From: Candidatus Nitrosopumilus koreensis AR1
Lineage (GTDB): Archaea; Thermoproteota; Nitrososphaeria; Nitrososphaerales; Nitrosopumilaceae
DNA length: 32,000 nucleotides
Direction: 5' to 3'
Assembly (NCBI RefSeq): GCF_000299365.1
Contig: NC_018655.1
Location: 870,001 to 902,000 of the forward strand
Part shown: one piece after another, positions 1-9,583 of the stretch
Numbering within the stretch: the first letter of the stretch is position 1
Layout: every line of letters begins with the position of its first letter
Position numbers and translations under genes: made by a program
The notes under the pieces: model-generated
Seen by the model: the letters and a program-made list of their open reading frames with translations, nothing else
Database searches by the model: none
What the model was told of the DNA's origin: nothing

Positions 1-527
1 ATTGCATTATGAAGATACATCAAATCAACACATTCTAAATCAAGATTTTTCAAACTACGATCTAATTGATCTGAAAGATATGTAGTAGTCATACAATGGT
101 AGCCAGATGTGATGTCTCCTTCTTTGACAACACCTTTTTGAGCATACTCTTCTTTGACATATTCCCAAAATCCAAGCTGAACATCAGCATCATTTGTGAC
201 GTATCCATTCTTTGTTGAGACAAATATCTGATCACGTGAAATCTTGTTTTCTTCAACGAGTTCTGAAATTGCTTTTCCAACAGAGCGTTCTGCTTTCTGT
301 GCACGATAATTTATTGCAGTATCTACAACATTCACTCCAGATAAAATAGACTGTTTTACTGCACTAGTCACTAATTCATCAGTTCTAGCATCAGCATCAC
401 CAAGGTAAGTCCCAATTCCAACATTTGACAGAGTAAGGTTTTGAAATTCCTTAAAATTCTCTTGATTTACACCTGAATTTTGAGCAAATTTTTTGGTTCC
501 GTCAGGAGTTGCAAATCCAGTAATCAT
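1..527 (-). CDS. Aldo/keto reductase family protein, truncated at the left window edge
   Basis: Manual minus-strand translation from ATG at 525-527 gives MITGFATPDGTKKFAQNSG...VVDTAINYRAQKAERSVGKAISELVEENKISRDQIFVSTKNGY...DLECVDLMYLHN, typical of aldo/keto reductases (DTAxxYR, STKxG, DLxxLHN). Open to the window edge. The track ORF 89..304 is in another frame. Confidence 0.85.
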   Translation of the reverse strand, partial: MITGFATPDGTKKFAQNSGVNQENFKEFQNLTLSNVGIGTYLGDADARTDELVTSAVKQSILSGVNVVDTAINYRAQKAERSVGKAISELVEENKISRDQIFVSTKNGYVTNDADVQLGFWEYVKEEYAQKGVVKEGDITSGYHCMTTTYLSDQLDRSLKNLDLECVDLMYLHNA

Positions 528-558
528 ATTTTTGGTTTAATTCTAACTAAATTTATGT

Positions 559-1452
559 TTAGACCACAGAATCAAGTAAAAAACTAATAACAAACAAGAC
601 GCCTGTAATTCTACTAAACATCAAAGTAGAAGACATGAAAGGAATTAATTTTTCAACAGAATCATAGGTTTTCTTTAAACCAAATCCAGATTTTATCACC
701 AAAGGAATGCTCAAAAAACTAATCAAAGAAAGAAGAGGAAACAGATTTAGAGATACACCCACAATTATTGCAGAGCAAGATACAAAGGGAAATATCCAAA
801 ACAGTTTTGTTGCATTTTGTTTTCCAACCACTATCACCAGTGTTTTTCTGCCTTTTGATTTGTCTGCATCATGATCTGGAAACGATGCAATGAATAAAAC
901 CAACGAAGACAGAGAGCCAACAACCATTCCTGCAAGAATTGATTCGGTAGTTATTTGTCCAGATTGAATAAAAAAAGTTCCCATTATAATCATAGCCCCC
1001 TTTACTGCAACAAAAAATTCCCCTAATCCAGAATCAACAATTTTTGTAGAGTAAAAGTAGATAGACAGTATTGCAAATCCCAGAATAATTGCAATGATTA
1101 TTCCATCAGTAATTACAAAATATGCCCCAATTGCAGAGCCAATTAATAGAAATGCAATTCCAGCGCGATATACACTAGATGGTTTTAGTAATCCTTCTGG
1201 AAGAACACCAGTTCCACCACTCATCTTTGTTTTTGGAGTCTTTGCATCTATTCCACGTTTAAAATCCCAAAAATCATTTAGTAAATCAACACTCGCATGA
1301 AGTGCCAAAACTCCTGCAAAAGTCAAAAATGCATCAAATACATCAATAGTTGAATTTTGCCACCAATTCAAAGCAAGACCTACAGAGACTGCAATTATAG
1401 ATGCAAACAAAAAACGAATTCGAATGACTCTAAACCATACAGTGAGCATCAA
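559..1452 (-). CDS. UbiA-family prenyltransferase (MenA-like polytopic membrane protein)
   Basis: 297-aa ORF with multiple TM segments and the UbiA-type motif NDFWDFKRGID plus a second DHDADKSKGRKT motif. Confidence 0.85.
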   Translation of the reverse strand: MMLTVWFRVIRIRFLFASIIAVSVGLALNWWQNSTIDVFDAFLTFAGVLALHASVDLLNDFWDFKRGIDAKTPKTKMSGGTGVLPEGLLKPSSVYRAGIAFLLIGSAIGAYFVITDGIIIAIILGFAILSIYFYSTKIVDSGLGEFFVAVKGAMIIMGTFFIQSGQITTESILAGMVVGSLSSLVLFIASFPDHDADKSKGRKTLVIVVGKQNATKLFWIFPFVSCSAIIVGVSLNLFPLLSLISFLSIPLVIKSGFGLKKTYDSVEKLIPFMSSTLMFSRITGVLFVISFLLDSVV

Positions 1453-1535
1453 GAATAATATAATTTTTTTAGTATAATATTCATGAGTTTTGTATTAAAG
1501 CCAGTATTTATTAAAAAAATCAATCAAACCCAATC

Positions 1536-1739
1536 ATGATAATTGGCAGAGTTTTAGACAATGAGAAGAGAGTGAAATTTGACACAGATGTTTTCTGCAC
1601 AGATTGTGGAAAAAAGGTGCCAGGAGGACTTCAGACAGGAGAATCATACTATCAAACTCAAGAATTTCTAGTAGAATTAGAGAATTTTAAAAAAAACTAT
1701 CTGTGTGGGGTTTGCCGAGATAAAAAAAGAAGAAATTAG
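1536..1739 (+). CDS. Small zinc-ribbon protein
   Basis: 67-aa ORF with CTDCGKK ... CGVCRDKK paired CxxC motifs. Confidence 0.6.
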   Translation: MIIGRVLDNEKRVKFDTDVFCTDCGKKVPGGLQTGESYYQTQEFLVELENFKKNYLCGVCRDKKRRN

Positions 1740-4453
1740 AGTTCTTCCTCTTCTTCCCATTCTTCTTCAATATTGGTTTTTGATTTCTTTAAGAACATAA
1801 AGACAACAACACCAACCATAAGAATTCCTGCAATTACAATGTAAATTATCCATTCAGGTAATTCCAAATCAATTGCATCAAATGTTTTTTGAGGAGCGTC
1901 AACGTTTACAGTGAATGAATCCTGGCCTTCAGCATACCCTTCAGCAGTTGCAATTATGTCAAATGAGATCGATGGACCTTCAAATGCAGTCAAACTCACA
2001 ATGGCACTACCATCGGAACTTGTTCTAACAACATCAGGATTAAACAGGACATTATCTTCAGTGATAATTTTTATTAATGCATTTGGAACAGATTGGTCAT
2101 TTTCATCATCTACAAATAATCTAAATTCTATTGACTCGTCAACTTTAACTTCACTTGCAAGCCCACCACTAGAGATCATCAACTGGGTTTGAGAAGATGC
2201 AGTGTCAATTTCATATGAAGTACCACTAACACCCTTTGCACTTGCATGAATTACAGAATTTCCAATAGAACCAGTAGTCTTAATAGGAAATGAGATGTAA
2301 GAGGATCCTGCGGGAATTACTGCATCATCAATCACCTGAATAACAGAATCATGAGAGGATGTGATTTTTGATTTAACATCAAACTTTGGAATTACAGGAT
2401 TTCCTTGTAAATCAACTAATTGAACAATTCCAATATTATTTTCATGTTCCGCATTAATTTTATCAGTTGGGAAAAATATTTGTAATTTTGAAGTAGGCCA
2501 AGTGACAAATGTTTTGCTCGACTTTAATTCAGATTTTGTTTTTTCGCCAATTGGCTCAACGCTAAGGGTAACAGTGGTTTCATCTTCAGAAACATCAAAT
2601 GTATCGCTTCTTAATTTAGTAAATGCAAATGTTTCATCTTTAGGAATTTCTATTAATCCATTAGTAGGAGTAATCAAGTATTTCCCAGCATCTTTCATAA
2701 CTTTTGGGCGCTCATTTCCATCCATTGCGATTAAAAATACATCAAAATACCCATCCCTATCAAAGATTAAGCTGTTGTCTCCAGTAGGGGAAAATATTCT
2801 GACCTTCTTTTGCTCCAATGTGTTTATGACTTCAGTAGTAAATGAACCTGTACCAACACCATTAATTGAGGCAGATATTGTCAGAGGACCTGTTTTTTGC
2901 CCAGTTGATATTTTGGCAGTACCAAAAGAATAACTACTTGGAACTTTACCGCCATCAACGATTTTCCCTATTTCATCATCACTTGATATCACATTGATTT
3001 TTTGGACATATCCGTCACTGTACAAACTTTCACCAGATTGTGCAGGATACAATTCACCGTCTCCAAGACAATCAATAGAATACAAAAGCATGTTTTCAGA
3101 ATCAAGTTCAGTGTTGTGAGTGATTTCAGAATCTGAGTCATTATTCAAATTGGATTCATTAGATTGTGTCTTACATTCTGGATGAATTTCAATTTCAGTA
3201 CCATCAGATCTTATACCATCGTCGTCTCCATCATCTTCAATTAATGAGAATTGATAAGTGAAATACGCTGTAGCATTACTTGGAATTTTATCCAATCCAA
3301 AAACAGAAACAGATTTTTCATAATTCTTTGTGTCAAACCCAAAGTTAGAAGACGTTAAACTTTTTTTAGTATTTTTTTCTAACACAATAGATTCACCAAC
3401 CGTTCTAAACGTATCAATTGCAGTTCCATATCCTTCTGCATTAACACCAATTAGTATATCATTCACAAGAAGGTTTTGCAAACTAAATTTCTCTCGTAGT
3501 AAAAAGCCAAATTCGCCTTTCTTAATTACAGGTTTTTCAGATTTTACAAAATCATCTAATTTCTCACCAATTGGGTATTGTTCACTAGAGAAAAAAGTCA
3601 AAGGGATGTCATGTGGTGTTTTTGTAGGATTTCCGTCAGAATCCACAACAGTTACAAAAACATCCAGTTTTCTGTCAATTTCAGCAGGAATCATTTTTGG
3701 ATATATTGATAATTGTAATGCAGTAGGCAAAGTAGAAGAGATTTTGATGCTTTTTGCCACATCAAGGCCAGTTTCATCATTAATTGCTCTCAAGAATGTG
3801 TTTCCTGTTTTTTCATGTGCATATACAACACCCCAAGCATAATAATCACCTCTGTTTATAGTTAAGATGTCGTTTTCAGGAGTAGCCAAGGATGTTTCGT
3901 ATTCCAATTTTATCAAGATATCATCAGGAGCTCGAACTACATTCCCATCAGAAGTTTTAAGAAATACAGAAAAAGGCATTTTGGAATTTACATGCATTTC
4001 ATTTGTGGGCAAATGTAATTCCAAAATTAAGTCGTCGGGAAGATAAGATTCATCAGTTCCTATTTCTATTTTTTGGAAAGTTGTTTTGCCATTAAGTGTT
4101 GCAGTTATTGTTGTTTGGCCAGACTTGTCACTTGTGGTTATCGGGAATGATACAAATTCTTTATTAGCCTCCAAAATTATTCTAGGAGGAACACTTGCAA
4201 TAGAAGGATCATCAGAGCTCAAGCTGACTGATACGTCATTAGATGATGTAATTGGAACACCTTGTTTACTTAGAACATAAAAATATCCCACATTATGTGT
4301 TGCAAATCCTGTTTCTAGATGAGATGGGGATATTGCAAGTTTAATGGAGTAATCAGACAATACATCTAGGTTTTGGGCAAAGATGTATTGAGGCATTCCT
4401 CCAAACAGTAGTGATATCATAAGTAAGAAAATCAGGGGTTTTTTTGTTTTCAT
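1736..4453 (-). CDS. Large secreted/membrane-anchored surface protein with repeated Ig-like (invasin/Big-like) domains
   Basis: 911-aa ORF (track start 4471; MKTKKPL at 4453 is the likely start). N-terminal signal peptide (KKPLIFLLMISLLFGGMPQYIFAQ), repeated beta-rich segments, C-terminal TM (WIIYIVIAGILMVGVVVFMFL) and charged tail KKSKTNIEEEWEEEEEL. Confidence 0.75.
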   Translation of the reverse strand: MKTKKPLIFLLMISLLFGGMPQYIFAQNLDVLSDYSIKLAISPSHLETGFATHNVGYFYVLSKQGVPITSSNDVSVSLSSDDPSIASVPPRIILEANKEFVSFPITTSDKSGQTTITATLNGKTTFQKIEIGTDESYLPDDLILELHLPTNEMHVNSKMPFSVFLKTSDGNVVRAPDDILIKLEYETSLATPENDILTINRGDYYAWGVVYAHEKTGNTFLRAINDETGLDVAKSIKISSTLPTALQLSIYPKMIPAEIDRKLDVFVTVVDSDGNPTKTPHDIPLTFFSSEQYPIGEKLDDFVKSEKPVIKKGEFGFLLREKFSLQNLLVNDILIGVNAEGYGTAIDTFRTVGESIVLEKNTKKSLTSSNFGFDTKNYEKSVSVFGLDKIPSNATAYFTYQFSLIEDDGDDDGIRSDGTEIEIHPECKTQSNESNLNNDSDSEITHNTELDSENMLLYSIDCLGDGELYPAQSGESLYSDGYVQKINVISSDDEIGKIVDGGKVPSSYSFGTAKISTGQKTGPLTISASINGVGTGSFTTEVINTLEQKKVRIFSPTGDNSLIFDRDGYFDVFLIAMDGNERPKVMKDAGKYLITPTNGLIEIPKDETFAFTKLRSDTFDVSEDETTVTLSVEPIGEKTKSELKSSKTFVTWPTSKLQIFFPTDKINAEHENNIGIVQLVDLQGNPVIPKFDVKSKITSSHDSVIQVIDDAVIPAGSSYISFPIKTTGSIGNSVIHASAKGVSGTSYEIDTASSQTQLMISSGGLASEVKVDESIEFRLFVDDENDQSVPNALIKIITEDNVLFNPDVVRTSSDGSAIVSLTAFEGPSISFDIIATAEGYAEGQDSFTVNVDAPQKTFDAIDLELPEWIIYIVIAGILMVGVVVFMFLKKSKTNIEEEWEEEEEL

Positions 4454-4513
4454 TTTTTCACCATTTATCATTCACTCCATTTATTTTTCATAAAAAGGAA
4501 AAAAGGGAGGGAG

Positions 4514-5092
4514 TTATCCCGTTTGTTGGCCTGCGATTACAGTTCCAACAAAGACCGCGCCGTTAGCAGTTGTTAATTTTACCTGAGTATCTCTACCTTC
4601 TCGGATGTTTTCATCCAGAGTGAGCAGTAGTGTTACTTGTTGTCCAGGTTGAATTTCTGCTGCAGTGGTTGCCAAGATGGTATCAGGTCCTCTTGTAAGA
4701 ACTCTGAATTCACCATTACCAGGAGTACTACTAGTGGTGTAGTCATAAACAGTTCCACCAACTCTTACCTCACTGAGAGTAAGTTTGCCTACACTGTTGC
4801 TTTGAACATACACACCAAGTTCTTCACCTGCGAGAAGACCATTACCGGCAGTATTGTTTGCTGCAGTAAATGTAGTTCCATCATGATTTAACAGATTATT
4901 ACCATCTGATGCATCATAACCAGAGAATTTTAGAGATTCAATGTTTGGAGAACCACTAATTTGAGCAGAACTAAAAAATCCTTGTGAGAACACAAAGACA
5001 ATACTTCCACCAACGACTGCTATTGCTACTAGAAGAAGCGTTGCAATTACTGGGGCAACTGCTTTTCTTGAAGTCAATTTGTTTTTTGACAT
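4514..5092 (-). CDS. Archaellin / type IV pilin-like protein (class III signal peptide)
   Basis: MSKNKLTSRKAVAPVIATLLLVAIAVVGGSIVFVFSQGFF: basic n-region, prepilin-peptidase-type site (RKA|V) and hydrophobic N-terminal helix. Track start at 5104, more probable start at 5092. Confidence 0.85.
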   Translation of the reverse strand: MSKNKLTSRKAVAPVIATLLLVAIAVVGGSIVFVFSQGFFSSAQISGSPNIESLKFSGYDASDGNNLLNHDGTTFTAANNTAGNGLLAGEELGVYVQSNSVGKLTLSEVRVGGTVYDYTTSSTPGNGEFRVLTRGPDTILATTAAEIQPGQQVTLLLTLDENIREGRDTQVKLTTANGAVFVGTVIAGQQTG

Positions 5093-5225
5093 TAGTCGTG
5101 TCATTTCTAAATTTTTTAAAACTAGAAAAGATGTTAAAGGAATTTGTGTTCAAAGTGGACTACAATTAACTGGTTTGTACATGTGTTTTATGAAATGAAC
5201 AAAAAATAATCAGAAAAAACAAGAA

Positions 5226-7059
5226 TTATGGGCAACCACTAGTAGGACATACCTGTAAAACAGTTTCAGCTATAGGGCCAACTGCAAATACGCCACTTGT
5301 GCTATCACCAGTTGCAATACCGTTTGCAAGAATAGACATAACATACATTTTTGCTTTAGGAACAGAAGGAGCTTGTGCTGTAAATTGAATAGTTTTCGCT
5401 TCAGTATGATCATCTATAGAAGAAATTAAAGTTCCAACTATCTGTGTAGAACCATCAGGATATGTGACGGGGGGAGATAAATTAAAACCGTTGTGACTGA
5501 CAACAGAACCGAAAGCCCATTCTTTTGGAATATTTATTATCAAAGATGTACCGCTACTAATGCCATATACATCATCACTGCTCATATCCGCAAGAGTTGC
5601 ATTGAATGTAACAGTACTGCCTTCCACAATTCCAGTTAACTCACTCATCACATCAGAAGAAGCAACTGATTCAGGGGTTCTTGCAAGAAAAACATTAGGC
5701 AATGCAACTTCATTTGTGTGCATAGTAGTACCATAACCTGATTTTCCGTATTGGCCAAGAGTGGTAAACACAACAGGTTGTACAAGAATATTTTGTGCAT
5801 CATCAGTTGTTCCAGCCATATTTCCACTGCCAACACCTACAAGAAATGGAAAAACGGATCGAGGAGCAACCTCAACAGGAGAAACTAAATCGCGCCACAT
5901 CAACTGATTGCTTTCAGGACAAGACCAATTATCAGGAGTGGGAGATATGGTTACAGGTCTTTCAGGATTTGCACCAGGAATATCTTCGCAGTTTTTAACA
6001 AAAACATCATCCTGAGAATTTGCTCTAGGTACAAATGCCATCACTACAACTTTGTTTACAAACATGGGTTGATCAGTAGGGTTTGCAACATTTACGCCCC
6101 AAATTGGCCTATCAGAAACATCACTGTTTTCATCCCCAACAGCGTTAGGCATTAACATGAATATCTGAGGTTTTCCAAATAGTTCATTTGAAATGACTAC
6201 TTCACCTCCGCCTCCGCCTTCACCTGCTTCACGTAAAAGAATCGTATCAGACGCAACATTACTTGACACGTCATCGACATCTTCAAAATCTCCTTGCGCT
6301 ATAGCTGAAAAAACCAAATCATCGCCACTAACTCCATCAACTTGATAATCCCAAGAAAACATCACAGATTCTGCAGGTTCCAAATTTACAGAAGTGGGAG
6401 TATGTGAGGGGGATGGTGAAATAAGAAAACCAGAGCCAGTTACAGATTGCATTACAGGATGGACATTCTTAATTTCAGCACTGCCAGTATTAGTGACAAC
6501 CATTGCAATAGTAACATTTTTGCCTAAAACTACATCAGGGGGGTCTGTTATTAATTCAGCACGTAAATCACCAATGGAAGCACCAACTCCAACAACTAGT
6601 TCATCAATATCCATGGTTCCATACGATGAAATTATTTTGATATCATATGTATCAGGAACCATGTAAAGCGTTTGTGATGAAATTACATTATTGGTAAAAC
6701 CAGATGGTACAAATGCATCATCATAATTTATGTCAAATCGAGTCACAGGTTGATTGGGGAGGGTTTTATTGACAATCCACATGCTTGAAATCTCAACTGG
6801 GTTTTGGCCTTGATTTTTGACATTCATACTTAGAATGTTATTTTCATCAACAGATGCAAAAAACTGCAAATTGTTCTTGTTGTTTTTTAATTTCAATGTC
6901 AGAAACAATTCTTTGAGTAGAAACAATATCAGTTTGAGCATCAAGTGCAAGACTCAACACAGAAAATCCGGCAATCATCAAGACAGTAAAAAATAACGCT
7001 CCGACTACAGAAGATAGTCCACGCCTGTTTTGAGGCAAAAATTCAAAGGTTCTACTCAT
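5226..7059 (-). CDS. Large pilin-like extracellular protein with CARDB-like domain; reading frame interrupted by an apparent +1 shift at about 6858-6863
   Basis: Track ORF 6847..7059 carries the class III signal (QNRRG|LSSVVGALFFTVLMIAGF) and ends in VFCIC*. Track ORF 5226..6950 carries the body (FFASVDENNILSMNVKNQGQNPVEIS...). Skipping one T of the sense T6 run joins them as ...EIKKQQEQFAVFASVDENNILSMNVKNQG. Confidence 0.7.
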
Positions 7060-7766
7060 CGTGCATCACCACTCTCAATAAAGAACTCTATTGGCTGTAT
7101 GGCCCCCACATTGAGAAATATGTGAATTCCCTTGTTTAGCGTAATATCTGCATCATCAGAGCCTAGTTTGATAAGTAAGTTAACAATCTGTCCGTTTTGG
7201 ATTTGTATATCATCATTCTGAATTAATGGGTTTTGTGAAATAGGGACAATAGAAAACATCCCATCAGAAGGATATTTTCCTCCAATCAAATCATTTTGAG
7301 ATGCATCCAGAGATATACCAGATGTTGAAGAATCCCAAGAATGAACTACACCATTAATTGAGATATCTTGTAAAAATATAGGATTAATACCATTATTTTG
7401 AACTTGCAGTACAATGAATTCTGTTCCACCATTTTCAGGAATTGCATTAGAGAATGAACTACACGTAACTCCACACAAAAAGGAATTAACTATGTTTTCA
7501 TTGTCAACATCATTCATCATTAACAAAGATGCAGAATCTCGCGTATCATATGCTAATAATAATAAATTCAACGAGGAAGAATCCGATGTAGATACACTGC
7601 CAAGATTACCAGAAACAAACCCATCATTAACAAAATATGTCAAGGTTGTAGCACCAGTTACCGTTACTGCCATTAATAACATTGTACTAATAACATCAGT
7701 TACTCCACGTCTTTTCTTCAGACGAGTGTTATTTTTTGGAAAAGTACCTTGGAAAATCATTTTCAT
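7056..7766 (-). CDS. Archaellin/pilin-like protein (class III signal peptide)
   Basis: N-terminus LKKRRGVTDVISTMLLMAVTVTGATTLTYFVNDGF. Start abuts the upstream gene's stop, and its stop overlaps the next start (ATGA at 7056-7059). Confidence 0.8.
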   Translation of the reverse strand: MKMIFQGTFPKNNTRLKKRRGVTDVISTMLLMAVTVTGATTLTYFVNDGFVSGNLGSVSTSDSSSLNLLLLAYDTRDSASLLMMNDVDNENIVNSFLCGVTCSSFSNAIPENGGTEFIVLQVQNNGINPIFLQDISINGVVHSWDSSTSGISLDASQNDLIGGKYPSDGMFSIVPISQNPLIQNDDIQIQNGQIVNLLIKLGSDDADITLNKGIHIFLNVGAIQPIEFFIESGDAR

Positions 7767-8297
7767 CTAAGTGTTAAACGGACTAGCAACAGTAGTAAAG
7801 AAATTTCCTCTAGCAGTGGTCAGAGATATTTTATATTCTGAATTCAAATAATTGGCATCATTCCATACTGCCGAAATTGGGGTCAATTGGATTTCGGAAT
7901 CATCATCAGTATCTAACATGATTTTTTGGTTTTCTTTGGCAAAAATGATTTGATTAACTTCAACCCAGTTTGCAATTATTTCTTGATTATCAATCTTCAA
8001 AATGGTGATAGTAGATATGGTAGATTCAACAGTTCCAATATTTGCCAAATCTATGGAGATATCATCAGTATTAGGTTCAAATCGTACATGCTCAAAAACA
8101 ATATCTTCCCTATGAATTTGGTTTTTTGATTTTTCATGAAATGAAAGATCATATGTAAATGCACTAATTCCACTCATACCATTAAACAGAATAACAGAAC
8201 CGACAGATGTGACTATTCCTAAAATCACAAGACTCCCCATTACTTGGCTTACTGCACGTCTATTTTTTAGAGATAATTTTTCTGAAACACAATTCAT
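7767..8297 (-). CDS. Pilin-like protein (class III signal peptide)
   Basis: N-terminus LKNRRAVSQVMGSLVILGIVTSVGSVILF, in the tightly packed pilin gene run. Confidence 0.75.
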   Translation of the reverse strand: MNCVSEKLSLKNRRAVSQVMGSLVILGIVTSVGSVILFNGMSGISAFTYDLSFHEKSKNQIHREDIVFEHVRFEPNTDDISIDLANIGTVESTISTITILKIDNQEIIANWVEVNQIIFAKENQKIMLDTDDDSEIQLTPISAVWNDANYLNSEYKISLTTARGNFFTTVASPFNT

Positions 8298-9448
8298 TTG
8301 TTATCACCATTTTTTCGGTATTGTTCAGAAATGAATTTCTCAACACTAGAAACAATTTGAGAGGCATTAGGCTCACAAATTAAATTTATTCCATAATGTT
8401 TTGCTATTTGTTCTACGCCATCATTAATTGCAGAAAACGTAATCAATAATGTGTTAGTAGGCTCAACATCTAGTTTAGGAACTAATATTGAATTCATATC
8501 AGTTTGATCAATGCCACGCGATTGATTTTTGATGAAAATAATGATAGATTCATCAGATGTTCTATGTTTACCATAAATTGGAATCTCATGGATATTGTTG
8601 CTTTTACCATGAACGGAATAATTTATAGAAGAATCAAAATTAAATTTAGTTAATAATTTTTGAATTTCATCTTTAATTTGACTTGTTTCAGAATTCATAG
8701 AGATTTCAGAATTTTTTAATCTATATCTAAAAGTAGAAATGAACTGACCAGAATTTGTGTCAAAATCATGTTCATATTTTCTGCAATGCAATTTTATTAC
8801 TGCATCATCAAACTTTTCAGAACAATCATTACATTGATACCACATAGCTGGTACCCGTATTTCTTTTTCAAAATTAGATATTGTTTTTTTACATGACGGA
8901 CATTGAGAGTTTTCATTGTCTGTGAAATCAAAATTAGTGCTTTCTGTAATATAACCACATTTTTTATGCTCAAACAAATTTAATTTTTCAACATCCATAG
9001 AATGGCATTTTGGACAATAAAGTCTAACACTGGATGAAAATGTATCAGAGTGAATTGGACAAACAATTAATTTTTCATAGATTTCTTTTTCCAAGATTCC
9101 ATCAGAAACCAACCCATCAAGATATGACAAATTATCTTGTTTTTCTCCAACCTCGGACAAAATTGGATAGAGTAGGTGTCCTTCATTATAATCAACAAAG
9201 GGAATTATTGACATATCTTTGAGTTTTTGAACTTTCTGAATCAGTCTAGAAGATTTGTTTGTAGAGGGTTTTTCCAGATCCGGTTGAACAGTCAATTCTG
9301 GCTCCAAAACATGTTCTGGTACAGATTCAATTTGAGATTCGTCTGAATTTCCCTTGAAAATAGAGGAAATGCTCTGAAAACTGGAAAGTTTTGAATCAGA
9401 TTTTGTCTCTAACGCAGACTGACTAGAAGATTTCTTTCTAAATATCAT
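8294..9448 (-). CDS. Multi-zinc-ribbon thaumarchaeal protein in the pilus-like locus, possible regulator
   Basis: 384 aa. CPIHS...CPKCHSMD, HKKCGYITE, CPSCKK, CNDCSEKF and HCRKYEHDFD metal-binding-like motifs. C-terminal alpha/beta-looking segment. 4-nt overlap with the downstream pilin gene. Confidence 0.55.
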   Translation of the reverse strand: MIFRKKSSSQSALETKSDSKLSSFQSISSIFKGNSDESQIESVPEHVLEPELTVQPDLEKPSTNKSSRLIQKVQKLKDMSIIPFVDYNEGHLLYPILSEVGEKQDNLSYLDGLVSDGILEKEIYEKLIVCPIHSDTFSSSVRLYCPKCHSMDVEKLNLFEHKKCGYITESTNFDFTDNENSQCPSCKKTISNFEKEIRVPAMWYQCNDCSEKFDDAVIKLHCRKYEHDFDTNSGQFISTFRYRLKNSEISMNSETSQIKDEIQKLLTKFNFDSSINYSVHGKSNNIHEIPIYGKHRTSDESIIIFIKNQSRGIDQTDMNSILVPKLDVEPTNTLLITFSAINDGVEQIAKHYGINLICEPNASQIVSSVEKFISEQYRKNGDNK

Positions 9449-9583
9449 ATATCTGCCTCACTAGATACGAGCAACTCGCATTAACCATGGTAGTTATCAT
9501 AATCAAGCGAAGAGTAAAAGACAAATGTTGTTCATATGGACGAACAAGCGTTAAAACACATTACATGTACATAGAATTTCAAA

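Noticed and set aside
89-304. Track ORF of 71 aa on the minus strand
   Set aside because: Out-of-frame shadow inside the aldo/keto reductase gene, whose real frame runs from 527 off the window edge.
1911-4280. Plus-strand ORFs 1911..2192, 2502..2933, 3330..3842 and 4086..4280
   Set aside because: Antisense shadows of the 911-aa surface protein gene, with low-complexity Ser/Val/Phe-rich translations and no motifs.
6394-6666. Plus-strand 90-aa ORF opposite the pilin-like gene
   Set aside because: Antisense to the continuous CARDB-like coding frame, with no recognisable features.
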